From positions 1-64,000 of the IMG/VR virus record IMGVR_UViG_3300025131_009354: 64,000 nucleotides of DNA; one strand, written 5' to 3'. Under the pieces are notes generated by a model. The model saw nothing but the letters and a program-made list of their open reading frames with translations, did no database searches and had not been told where the DNA came from. Made by a program: the position numbers and the translations under genes. Below are positions 20,428-29,328 of this stretch, in pieces (position 1 is the stretch's first letter; each line of letters opens with the position of its first letter). Origin of the DNA: a virus.

Positions 20428-20486
20428 TTTCTCTCCGACCTGGGCATGTCTTAAAACTGCCGGCTCCCTTTTTGCCAAAAATAAAG

Positions 20487-20515
20487 CTTGACCAATACCT
20501 TATCCGTGGTAATAT
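20487..20515 (+). promoter_or_regulatory. sigma70-like early promoter
   Basis: TTGACC-N16-TAATAT; shares TATCCGTGGTAATATAGTGTTA with the 19332 promoter. Confidence 0.75.
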
Positions 20516-20536
20516 AGTGTTAGAAGGAGAGAGATA

Positions 20537-21436
20537 ATGAGTCGTCAGAACCAATGTCACGCGTGCCATGGCTGGGGTCACAACCGTCGAGGCTGCCCAC
20601 GCATTAAAGAATCTCACGCCAAGGTGGAAGCCATGGCGAAGAAGTACGGGATCCCACTCCCCGCCAAAGATGAATATGTTTCCACACAGTGGATCAGCGA
20701 TATCAATGCCGCCAATATGGCTGCGAACGGTAATGTCACCGACAGCAACGATGAGATCACCTACTCCGAGCGCTGGAATTGGGAAGAGATCGAAGGACGC
20801 AAGCGGGCACAATCCCGAAAGAACGGACGTGGGCGTACCTGCGGCTTCTGCGGTGAGGGCGGACATAACTCTCGCACCTGCCCCGACAAGAAACAACACC
20901 GCAAGAACTGCGATGCGATGCAGGGACTTGCCCACCGAGTAGTTGCGACTTGTCTTGAAAAGGCTGGCATCGTCCCAGGCGCTCTGATGTACTACCGCGA
21001 CTGGAGCTATGAAACACGAGACTACACTCAAAGTTTTGCTCTCGTTCTGGGAGTTGACTGGAGTAAAATTGCTTCTCCTGGGCATGACTCCTCTCAGGGC
21101 CTGCCGCGAGGGTTCGAAGAGTGGTTCCGCGGCAGCTTCATTAAGGCGCGCATGTCTGATGGTAGTATGAAATACTTTCGTATTCCTTCGGATGTCCGCC
21201 AACAGAGCAAACGTAATTACTCCGAAACGCGGGACGCGTACGAAGGCCTCACTAATCCTGTTCGAGGAGGAAAGCTCAACAAGGATAATGGGTGGATGGG
21301 CGAGAACGTTACCCTTATTGATCCAGCATGCCATGGCATCTATCGCTGGTCGAAAGAAGGAATAGTGGACGAAGAGTTGCAACCTGTTATTGAAAAACTG
21401 ATCAGTGATGCCGGCAGTAAGTGGTCAGATGTCTAG
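20537..21436 (+). CDS. early protein with two CCHC zinc knuckles
   Basis: CHACHGWGHNRRGC and CGFCGEGGHNSRTC. Confidence 0.75.
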   Translation: MSRQNQCHACHGWGHNRRGCPRIKESHAKVEAMAKKYGIPLPAKDEYVSTQWISDINAANMAANGNVTDSNDEITYSERWNWEEIEGRKRAQSRKNGRGRTCGFCGEGGHNSRTCPDKKQHRKNCDAMQGLAHRVVATCLEKAGIVPGALMYYRDWSYETRDYTQSFALVLGVDWSKIASPGHDSSQGLPRGFEEWFRGSFIKARMSDGSMKYFRIPSDVRQQSKRNYSETRDAYEGLTNPVRGGKLNKDNGWMGENVTLIDPACHGIYRWSKEGIVDEELQPVIEKLISDAGSKWSDV

Positions 21437-21596
21437 GAGATGGACAAAAGATGATTAAATATTTATTGTATTTCTTTTGCCGGCCTCAACGTCCAGTTCG
21501 TGCAAAACACATTCAACTCCATGCTTCCGCTGATTATCTGTAGAACTATACGACATTCAGTCTATGTGTTACTCTTGGTAAAGAGGAGAGCACAAC

Positions 21597-21887
21597 ATGA
21601 CTGACAAGACCAGCGATGCACCAGAAGAAGAGCCCGGCGAAGATGAGGAAGAGCCTAAGTCGCCGCCTAAGCTTCTAGACTTTAATGAAGATACCTTTGA
21701 CGCAATCTTCGAAACAATTCAGAGGATTGGTATGCAGACTATTGAAAATCAACAGATTCTTCGTTCTCTCTATACTACTGTGTCAAACCTAGAGCTTGCC
21801 TTTGCAGAACTACATGCCATGGCGACAAAAGACCACCAGCGTCTTGACCGCCTAGAGGGCGGATCAAAGGACGTGGGAGAGGAATAA
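21597..21887 (+). CDS. hypothetical coiled-coil protein
   Basis: RBS GAGGAG. Confidence 0.6.
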   Translation: MTDKTSDAPEEEPGEDEEEPKSPPKLLDFNEDTFDAIFETIQRIGMQTIENQQILRSLYTTVSNLELAFAELHAMATKDHQRLDRLEGGSKDVGEE

Positions 21888-22150
21888 GTATAGTTGTATC
21901 AGTGAAACTATACACAAAACAAAAGATGGTGTAGAATTAATTGTTAGAGAAGGAGAAAATAATAGATAATTTGAAGGAAGGCACGATTTGGGAGGCGCTG
22001 AACCGCCCAGGTCGTATGGAAAAGGTTGTCAAGATTTTGCCGGATATGGTATATTATGAGAACCTTCAGAGCAGAGCGACGTTTTGTCGCCCAAGAGATA
22101 ACTTTTTAACCATGTATGAATATCGTCGGGAAACCGAACAGGAGAAAACA

Positions 22151-22330
22151 ATGATTAACAATGTGGCAGATAAATGGCAAGAACTGAAACTGCTGGTGGA
22201 GTCTTTGGAAGAGGACGTCCAAAAGAATGCAAGTGGCAACAAAGCAGCAGGCACCAGAGCACGCAAAGGATTACGCACTCTTAAAAGCACAGCTTCAGAG
22301 CTTGTGCGTCTTACTCTTGGGAAGGAATAA
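22151..22330 (+). CDS. histone H1-like protein (Hc1 family)
   Basis: GNKAAGTRARK signature; own RBS AGGAG. Confidence 0.75.
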   Translation: MINNVADKWQELKLLVESLEEDVQKNASGNKAAGTRARKGLRTLKSTASELVRLTLGKE

Positions 22331-22331
22331 A

Positions 22332-22634
22332 ATGAAGCTCAAGCTCCACTGGTCTGAAAAGTTTGAAGTAGTGAGAGAATACCCACAGTTCACCCTTGAT
22401 ACTGAAGAGTTTCCGGAATTAGAACTAGAGATTCAGCAAGTCTGGACTGCACCTGACAAGGGAACTCAAGAAAAAGCATTAGCTGATCTTGAGTACAAGA
22501 TGCATCATACCGAGAAACGCGGAGAGACGATTATGCAGATTGTTGGCCCATGGAATGACTTTGATAAAGCTCAAGTATCCTCGCTAACAGAAGAGGAAGG
22601 ATTCCTTAAGATGTCAGCGGCGGAGGAAGAATAA
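22332..22634 (+). CDS. hypothetical protein
   Basis: RBS AAGGA; coupled to next gene. Confidence 0.6.
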   Translation: MKLKLHWSEKFEVVREYPQFTLDTEEFPELELEIQQVWTAPDKGTQEKALADLEYKMHHTEKRGETIMQIVGPWNDFDKAQVSSLTEEEGFLKMSAAEEE

Positions 22635-23155
22635 TGGACTCGACAAAAAGTCATGTAAAGATTTATAATATTTCTCCTGAAGAGGCAGAGGATTTTGAGT
22701 TCGACTATGATACAGAGACTAGTGACATCTTGACTGAACTTGTGCCTAACTTAGATGACTGGGGAGGTCTTGGGTGGATGGAGCTAGAAGAGTACGAATA
22801 TAATCCTCATGACAATACTATGCACCTCAGTTTGGAAACAAAGTGGGCATCACCTGTTCAGTGGTTGCAGTACGCTAGCAAAGGTACACACTATTTTGAG
22901 AATAGGCTCATTACAATGTCTACCGTCCAAAAAGACGAAACCTGTGTTAATGGTGTCGCCATCATGGATGGAGAAGTGCTACAACAAAAGACTCTTTTCG
23001 AAATGGAGTCAGAAGAGGTCGGCAAATATTATAATGAAGGCCATCCGGATTATAATTTAGAAAGCCTGGATAATCAAATCTGGGATTCAATTGGAAAGTT
23101 CGTTAAAGTCTGCGAACAATTTTACCTTGAAGGGGATAAAGAAAATGACTACTAA
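22634..23155 (+). CDS. hypothetical acidic protein
   Basis: RBS GGAGG; ETKWASP. Confidence 0.6.
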   Translation: MDSTKSHVKIYNISPEEAEDFEFDYDTETSDILTELVPNLDDWGGLGWMELEEYEYNPHDNTMHLSLETKWASPVQWLQYASKGTHYFENRLITMSTVQKDETCVNGVAIMDGEVLQQKTLFEMESEEVGKYYNEGHPDYNLESLDNQIWDSIGKFVKVCEQFYLEGDKENDY

Positions 23156-23615
23156 CACAACCGTAAAGGGATCAACCGTCACTTTACATTATCGGGGTAC
23201 TCTCGACGATGGTACTGAGTTTGATAGCTCATATAACCGTGGCGAGCCGATGACAGTAACTGTCGGCGCTGGTCAACTTATTGAGGGTTTTGACTCGGCT
23301 CTTTCTGGCATGGAGGAGGGCGATACCAAGACCTTTACCCTTCCCCCTGAAGAGGCTTACGGCGACAGGGACGAAGCCGCCACCACAAATCTAAGCCGCG
23401 GAGTATTCCCGGATGATTTTGAGTTTACTACCGGCATGACCGTACCATTGACTGGGCCTGGTGGGCAGCCTTTCCTCGCCACCATCACTGAGGTGACAGA
23501 TGAAGAAGTTGTTGCTGATTTGAACCACCCAATGGCCGGAAAGAACCTCACCTTTGAGGTGGAAGTCTTGACAGTCGATACTACCGGTGATGGCGATGAG
23601 ACTACTGCTAGCTAG
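23145..23615 (+). CDS. FKBP-type peptidyl-prolyl isomerase (SlyD/FkpB-like)
   Basis: VTLHYRGTLDDGTEFDSS, GQLIEGF, PPEEAYG, DLNHPMAGKNLTFEVEV. Confidence 0.95.
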   Translation: MTTNTTVKGSTVTLHYRGTLDDGTEFDSSYNRGEPMTVTVGAGQLIEGFDSALSGMEEGDTKTFTLPPEEAYGDRDEAATTNLSRGVFPDDFEFTTGMTVPLTGPGGQPFLATITEVTDEEVVADLNHPMAGKNLTFEVEVLTVDTTGDGDETTAS

Positions 23616-23719
23616 GATAACATTCTTCTTAGCTAGAGCCTTCCAGAGCAGGGGGATGCCAATTGGACAATGGTTCCAAAACAAGGGCATCCTCCTGCTT
23701 GTGGGAGTGAAGCATAAAC

Positions 23720-24052
23720 GTGATTAGTTTGCTTTTAGCAGTAGCTTTGGCTGCCCCAAACTACTATGCCAAGCGACCGCCGAGCAACCGCCAGGTTAGC
23801 ACGAAAGCTTATCAAATTGTGCAACTTCTCAGGAAACAAGATCGGCGCGTCTTAAAGCTGGTGATGTACCACATGGACTGGATACCAAAACTGAGGTACG
23901 ACAGAGAAAAGAAGAAATACGACAGAGAGAAAAGAAGGCAGAAAAGCAAGAGACAACAACAGAAGGAACAATTGAACTCTTTTGATCAGTGGTATGTAGA
24001 TATGCTGCTGGATATGGCCGGCGTTCCTAAACAACCAAGAGGTAGAAAATGA
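23720..24052 (+). CDS. secreted basic protein
   Basis: signal peptide MISLLLAVALA. Confidence 0.55.
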   Translation: MISLLLAVALAAPNYYAKRPPSNRQVSTKAYQIVQLLRKQDRRVLKLVMYHMDWIPKLRYDREKKKYDREKRRQKSKRQQQKEQLNSFDQWYVDMLLDMAGVPKQPRGRK

Positions 24053-24423
24053 AATATATTTTATTAGCAACAACTTTTATGGCAATCAGCGCATGTGCTA
24101 GCACTCCTCGGTCACCTTCTGAAGAGTGCTGCCAGCGCCTTGATGTTCGTACTCAAGAGATGCAAGAATTTAATCGCTTCTGCAAGGTACTCATCTTCGC
24201 CAAACGAACGAACAAGAACCCGGCAATCCAAGAGAGCATTGCCCGACGACTTGGAATATGCCGGTTTGTTTTTGGTGCTGAAAACAATACACAACTCTTG
24301 TCTGCTGGGCCGGATGACAACCTCTACAAGGTTCGGCATTTCTTAGACCAAGACCCCCCCGTAAATGGATGGCAGACTCCTCTTGACTGCGACCCATCAG
24401 AGCCAACATGCGAGGAGTTTTAA
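24049..24423 (+). CDS. small Cys-rich lipoprotein
   Basis: lipobox ISAC; CCQRL; paralogue of 18723. Confidence 0.65.
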   Translation: MKYILLATTFMAISACASTPRSPSEECCQRLDVRTQEMQEFNRFCKVLIFAKRTNKNPAIQESIARRLGICRFVFGAENNTQLLSAGPDDNLYKVRHFLDQDPPVNGWQTPLDCDPSEPTCEEF

Positions 24424-24666
24424 ATGGAGTACACATATCAATGCTCTTCATCCGGAAGCAGAAACAACAAGCTCAAATCAAGCTGCGAGTTCGAAGCAGT
24501 TCTTGGTGAGGGCCCTCACCATTGTCCGATTTGCGGAGCAGAACTAAGACTAGCTTCCACAGGAAAAACCGTATCGGAATTCCTGCAAGAAGGCCTCCGC
24601 AAATTCGAAGCCCAACAAGCAGCCAAAGCTAAAACCAAATCCAAAGGCACCAATAATAAAACATGA
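24424..24666 (+). CDS. small zinc-ribbon protein
   Basis: YTYQC...C...CPICG. Confidence 0.55.
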   Translation: MEYTYQCSSSGSRNNKLKSSCEFEAVLGEGPHHCPICGAELRLASTGKTVSEFLQEGLRKFEAQQAAKAKTKSKGTNNKT

Positions 24667-24959
24667 ACATCGAAACCATAACATCCTTTCTTAGTATAGT
24701 ACTAGTAGTAGTAACATGTGGCTTTATATTCAGTAAGCTAATAGGAGCCTTTACAGAGTTTGCCCTGCGAGTATTAAAGAACCAAGATGATAGAAGAGAC
24801 GATGAATGGTAGAGAGAGCTAAGGAGTGTGAGATATGAATTCAGTAAAAGATTTTGTAGTGGTGTTTGCTCTTGCCTGCTTGCTTAACTTGGTGGTCTAT
24901 GCTTGTGTGCTAGCGGTAGAGTAGATAGCTTTATTAGGCGTTTACAGTTTCGTTGACAA

Positions 24960-25100
24960 AATGGCAGCTAATGGCTGCAAAACTTGCACAGTTTGCAAGT
25001 GTATGATTTATCGAATATTAATGTAATAATGATAGCGGTTCTCTAGCGTTATCAATGGCTTCAGTATTGGCTGCGATTGGCTGCGTTTGTGTGCGATTGG
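24960..25100. repeat. cluster of A(A/T)TGGCTGC-like repeats in a non-coding region
   Basis: copies at 24960, 24970, 25054, 25066, 25076; 10-bp periodicity over 25066-25100. Confidence 0.6.
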
Positions 25101-25175
25101 AAGAGATGGGCCTAATACATGAGTAATTAGGGGCAGTCAAGGGAAAAGAAAAAAGAGAATATAGTGCATTATTTA

Positions 25176-25204
25176 CTTGACCAGCAAGCCATATATGGTA
25201 TTAT
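25176..25204 (+). promoter_or_regulatory. sigma70-like early promoter
   Basis: TTGACC-N16-TATTAT with TG. Confidence 0.7.
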
Positions 25205-25227
25205 AATGGTACGGAGAGATACTGACT

Positions 25228-26445
25228 ATGACCTTTGACCTCAAGCTACACGCCTACAGGCTTCTGATGGATGACCCGTTCTTTGCTGCGTTGTCCCGCA
25301 AGATTGAGAAGGTAGCTACGACTGCCATCCCTACTGCTGGTGTTCGGGTTGATCCCGAGACTGCTCAGTTTGAAATGGCTTACAACCCTGAGTTCTTTGC
25401 CAGCCTTCCGGAAGATCAGATCAAGGGTGTCCTCAAGCATGAGTTCTATCATCTGATCTTTGAGCATGTTACCAGCCGTAAGCCTGAGGGCGTTAACCCC
25501 AGGGCTTGGAACATTGCTGCGGACTTGGCGATCAACAGCCACTTGGTTGGTGAACTGCCTGACAACTGTTGCATGCCTGGTGTTGCTCCCTTCGAAGATC
25601 TGCCTCTTCATCAAACTGCTGAGTGGTATCTTGCCAACCTTCCCCAGCCGCCAGAAGGCTCCGAAGGTGAGAGCGGTTCGGGAGAAGGTGAAGGCGAAGA
25701 AGGCGGTGACAGCGATGCCAGCGGTGAAGGCTCTGACAGCCCTGGCAACTTTGATGATCACTCTGGCTGGTCAGACGGCCAATCCGGAGAAGCTGCTGAC
25801 GCTGCTAACCAAATGGCTAGAGAACGACTTAAGCAAGGCATGAAAGAAGCTGCCAAAGAAGCTGCTGAGTCTGCCAAGGGCTGGGGCTCGATGTCGCAGG
25901 GAGTAAAACAAGAAATTCTAAAGCGACTGGAAACTAAAGTAGATTGGAAGAAAGTGCTGAGGTACTTCATCAAGACTAGCCAGCGTGCTAGCCGTACTTC
26001 CAGCGTGAAGCGTATTAATAAGCGGTATGCTTATATCCATCCCGGCAAGAAGACTAAGCGCCAGGCAAAGATTGCTATTGCTATCGATCAGTCCGGCTCT
26101 GTCAGCAGTGACATGCTTGAATCTTTCTTCGGAGAACTTAATAAGCTGGCAAAGCTGGCAGAGTTCACAGTCATTCCCTTCGATACTCAGGTGGATGAGA
26201 GCAAGGTATACGTTTGGAAGAAGGGTCAGAACAAGAAGGCTGAGCGCGTACTGTGTGGCGGCACTTGCTTCGACGCTCCCACCAATTACGTGAATGATCA
26301 GAGCTTTGACGGTGTCATTATTCTGACGGACATGGAAGCTCCTAAGCCTAAGCGCTGCAAAGCTCAGCGCATGTGGATGACTGACCGGCAAGGTGCTGCT
26401 CGTCCTTACTTCAAGACTAACGAGCGAGTGATTGCAATCGATTAA
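25228..26445 (+). CDS. vWA-domain protein with N-terminal HExxH metallopeptidase-like domain (DUF2201-like)
   Basis: PTAGV, LKHEFYH, WNIAADLAIN, Gly/Glu/Ser linker, MIDAS DQSGS, GGT, ILTD. Confidence 0.88.
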   Translation: MTFDLKLHAYRLLMDDPFFAALSRKIEKVATTAIPTAGVRVDPETAQFEMAYNPEFFASLPEDQIKGVLKHEFYHLIFEHVTSRKPEGVNPRAWNIAADLAINSHLVGELPDNCCMPGVAPFEDLPLHQTAEWYLANLPQPPEGSEGESGSGEGEGEEGGDSDASGEGSDSPGNFDDHSGWSDGQSGEAADAANQMARERLKQGMKEAAKEAAESAKGWGSMSQGVKQEILKRLETKVDWKKVLRYFIKTSQRASRTSSVKRINKRYAYIHPGKKTKRQAKIAIAIDQSGSVSSDMLESFFGELNKLAKLAEFTVIPFDTQVDESKVYVWKKGQNKKAERVLCGGTCFDAPTNYVNDQSFDGVIILTDMEAPKPKRCKAQRMWMTDRQGAARPYFKTNERVIAID

Positions 26446-26652
26446 ACCCACGAGAAATTGTATAGTTTCCCAACATTCTGCTAAACTTTTAGGGAACAAA
26501 AGAAAGGAATAGAATATGAATAAACTACTAACCCAATGGATGATCAACCATCCTGTCAAATATACAATGGCTTTCAGTTTATTGACTGCTGCCAACACTG
26601 CCCTGCTTCTCTACTATCTCAACCTCTAACTTTGCGGGAAAGAAATAAAAGA

Positions 26653-26823
26653 ATGAAACAACTAACACAACAACTGATAGAGTATGAACAGGGAGAGCTT
26701 AATGATAGCGAGACTATTGAACTCTTCCAGCAACTGGTTGACAGCGGACTTGCCTGGAACCTGCAAGGTCACTACGGTCGAGTAGCCTATGCAATGATTG
26801 AAGAAGGACTAATTAATACTTGA
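26653..26823 (+). CDS. small conserved phage-type protein
   Basis: YEQGEL...[28 protein letters not shown]. Confidence 0.7.
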   Translation: MKQLTQQLIEYEQGELNDSETIELFQQLVDSGLAWNLQGHYGRVAYAMIEEGLINT

Positions 26824-26848
26824 CAACAGTTGACTGCTGTGCTAGAAT
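26820..26848 (+). promoter_or_regulatory. sigma70-like promoter
   Basis: TTGACA-N17-TAGAAT with extended TG. Confidence 0.6.
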
Positions 26849-27004
26849 GACTGCCATGCCAGCCCCCCAAGGGGGGTACCCAGGCCATGCCCCCACCCCC
26901 CCAGGTATGTCCCTAGGGATTGACTACCCCTGGAAGCCGTGCTAAGGACATTCACAACGCGTAAGTAATTTTTCCAGATTTCAGTTTTAAGGAAGAAAGA
27001 AGAT

Positions 27005-27226
27005 ATGATTAAAGTGGGTGACATCGTATACCGAAGAAGAAGAAGAGGCTTTCTCCATGAATATCCTGATGTAGTTAAGAACAGCGTCGGACTAGTTATT
27101 AAAGAGTTGCTAGACAAAGGAGCGGTTCCTCAGTACTATGTCCACTTCGACGACAAAGAAAGACCTCTGTGGTATCTCCAGCATGACCTCCATAAAATCG
27201 GAGGAGAAAGAAAAAAACATGTTTAA
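27005..27226 (+). CDS. small SH3/KOW-like protein
   Basis: MIKVGDIVY...VGLVI...YYVHF...WY...DL. Confidence 0.7.
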   Translation: MIKVGDIVYRRRRRGFLHEYPDVVKNSVGLVIKELLDKGAVPQYYVHFDDKERPLWYLQHDLHKIGGERKKHV

Positions 27227-27467
27227 CTTTAGTACCAAGTGTAAAGAAATCGATAAAGAGAATAGTAACCTCTTTAGGGCAGCCACCCTACTTCAAGAGC
27301 TAGGAAACGAGCCAGGACTAACAACGGCTCAGTTTGCCCTCCAACTAGAGCGTCATGATATCCCAGCAGATGAATACGAGAATCTGTACCTGGCGGCCAA
27401 AGCAATTGAAACGATGATGTCTCTTGACCTGCCATCAGAGTTTGCTAGCGAGCCAACCGTACATTAA
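27219..27467 (+). CDS. hypothetical protein
   Basis: RBS GGAGGAG. Confidence 0.55.
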   Translation: MFNFSTKCKEIDKENSNLFRAATLLQELGNEPGLTTAQFALQLERHDIPADEYENLYLAAKAIETMMSLDLPSEFASEPTVH

Positions 27468-27673
27468 TGTGGAATCCAGGTGACCTTGTAGAAATTACAG
27501 ACATCGCAGCCATGCCGGCTCTTATCGGCTCAGTCGGAATCATTGTTCGCAGACTAGGAGTCAACCCAAATGGAGGCGAGGATCATTTCTATGAAGTGGA
27601 TGTCTCGTCACATGGCTATCAAATCCTAATAGAAAAAGAGCTAAGATTAGTTCGGGAAGCAAATAAAAAATGA
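27467..27673 (+). CDS. small SH3/KOW-like protein
   Basis: MWNPGDLVEI...VGIIV...YEV...EKELRLV. Confidence 0.7.
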   Translation: MWNPGDLVEITDIAAMPALIGSVGIIVRRLGVNPNGGEDHFYEVDVSSHGYQILIEKELRLVREANKK

Positions 27674-27870
27674 AAATTGGAGATTTAGTAGAATTCTCAC
27701 TTGGCACTGTGCCGGGAGAAGTAGATGGCATTGGAGTATATGCCGGCAGTAGCGATAACGGTAAGCATAAGGTGCTATATGCCGGCAGGTCTTATGAACT
27801 ACAGCCACAGTTCATTAATCTAATTTCTATAGTACGAAAGACCGGTGTAAATGATCCGGTAGACAATTAA
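27670..27870 (+). CDS. small SH3/KOW-like protein
   Basis: MKIGDLVEF. Confidence 0.7.
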   Translation: MKIGDLVEFSLGTVPGEVDGIGVYAGSSDNGKHKVLYAGRSYELQPQFINLISIVRKTGVNDPVDN

Positions 27871-27985
27871 AAACAAAGTCTAAAGTAGAAACCCGCGGAA
27901 CATCATTAATCCTTTCAGCACTTCGGTACCCCCCCTACACAACTCTTTAAAACTATTGTATAATCATAGGGGAGTATTTCAGTAT

Positions 27986-28174
27986 ATGTTAACTTTTCAA
28001 AAGGGTGATTTTATTGTTGAGCACTTAGGCGCGCGATCGCCTGCGTCGTTCGGCGTAGTGACCGGTATTCATGAGGGTGAGGTTATTTCTGTACGATTCC
28101 CTAGAGGAGAATTTTACAGCTTTGCCAGCTATTGCCGGCATTATCAGGATTGGTTAGATGAACACAGATTTTAA
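27986..28174 (+). CDS. small SH3/KOW-like protein
   Basis: FQKGDFIV...FGVV. Confidence 0.6.
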   Translation: MLTFQKGDFIVEHLGARSPASFGVVTGIHEGEVISVRFPRGEFYSFASYCRHYQDWLDEHRF

Positions 28175-28382
28175 AGTTGGCGACCTTGTACGGCGTAAGT
28201 CAGTTTCCAAAAAATTGACCAACAGGCCTTACACTGCTTTGCAAGAGTCAAACGATTTGGTACTTGTTGTCAACTCCCTGCCTGCTAGTAAAAGATTTTT
28301 TTATGGCAATGTTTGTGGTACTGGTGATACACACCTTTGGAGCGTTGATCAATTTTACTTAGTCTCTAAGGGGTGCCCGTGA
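28158..28382 (+). CDS. small SH3/KOW-like protein
   Basis: FKVGDLVRR. Confidence 0.65.
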   Translation: MNTDFKVGDLVRRKSVSKKLTNRPYTALQESNDLVLVVNSLPASKRFFYGNVCGTGDTHLWSVDQFYLVSKGCP

Positions 28383-28582
28383 AACGTGGTGATGTAGTTG
28401 TCTTAAGGGCAGACAAGATTTACGAACGCTATGGAAAAGACGTTCCCTATTATCTTGTAGTTGAAAGATATGACCGCGACATCGTAAAGGTACATGATCC
28501 GGTTTCCAAAGAGATGACTGCTGTGCCCATTGATGACTTAATTTTGATTTCCTCAAATTGCGGGCATCAAAAAAATTTCTAA
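28373..28582 (+). CDS. small SH3/KOW-like protein
   Basis: VKRGDVVVL...YLVV...DDLILI. Confidence 0.6.
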   Translation: MPVKRGDVVVLRADKIYERYGKDVPYYLVVERYDRDIVKVHDPVSKEMTAVPIDDLILISSNCGHQKNF

Positions 28583-28602
28583 GAAAAAATTTCGAGACTT
28601 AT

Positions 28603-28839
28603 ATGAACCCTACTTTAGATTTACATGGATATAAACATCATGAAGTACAAAATGCTGTGGCGAGATTCATCGAAGATTGGTTGGGCGAAGGTGTTTTCAT
28701 TGATATTATTACGGGACATAGCGAACAAATGGTTAAGGAGACGGTCAAAGTGATTCAATATTATGGTTTAGAATATATGACAGGGTTGCCTGAGCACTCT
28801 GGGAAAATTAGAGTGGTGCTGTACAATGACTATCATTAA
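28603..28839 (+). CDS. stand-alone Smr-domain protein
   Basis: TLDLHG, IITGH, G.IRV C-terminal strand. Confidence 0.75.
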   Translation: MNPTLDLHGYKHHEVQNAVARFIEDWLGEGVFIDIITGHSEQMVKETVKVIQYYGLEYMTGLPEHSGKIRVVLYNDYH

Positions 28840-28980
28840 TTTTTTGATTTATGGTGTTGCTTGGATTGTAGTGAGTTTTGGATTAACTCTTTTTATTGCT
28901 TCGGCCTTCTTCGGAATTCCTAAAGAAATTAGTGAAGAAGAATATAATGACTTGCAAAGCAAGAAGGGAAGGTAAGCCAA

Positions 28981-29328
28981 ATGTTATATAACTCGTTGTT
29001 TTTATTGTTATTTTCTACTTTTTTCAATCAAACATACCAACTCCGGCAAATTGAGTGCCCTCGATGGATGCCCGGTAGTAATGAAGTTTTACCCCAAGGT
29101 GTGGTACTTTCTCCCGCCCTAGAACTTCAAAATAAAGTAAGATGCTACTGTGAGGTTGTTAAGCGCAAAGAAAGGCAGTGTATTGCTCGGCATGTGCCTG
29201 CCTCTATTTGTAAGGAGCGTACTTCGGTATGGGTTGCTGACAATTTGTCACTTAAAAATAGCTTCCGGTTAGTGAACGGTGTTGCGCCGGCCCCGAGACG
29301 AGATAGGATGATGAGTTTTGAACCGTAG
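28981..29328 (+). CDS. secreted Cys-rich protein
   Basis: hydrophobic N-terminus; several Cys. Confidence 0.55.
   Translation: MLYNSLFLLLFSTFFNQTYQLRQIECPRWMPGSNEVLPQGVVLSPALELQNKVRCYCEVVKRKERQCIARHVPASICKERTSVWVADNLSLKNSFRLVNGVAPAPRRDRMMSFEP

Noticed and set aside
19345-21382. Long minus-strand ORFs 19345..19947 and 20333..21382
   Set aside because: Antisense shadows of well-supported plus-strand genes, with no recognisable motifs
24960-25100. Short repeats as a mini CRISPR array
   Set aside because: Units are only 9-10 bp and mostly adjacent, without spacer-length unique sequence
25246-26598. Minus-strand ORFs over the vWA gene (also 56573..57205 over the nuclease)
   Set aside because: Antisense shadows with no recognisable features
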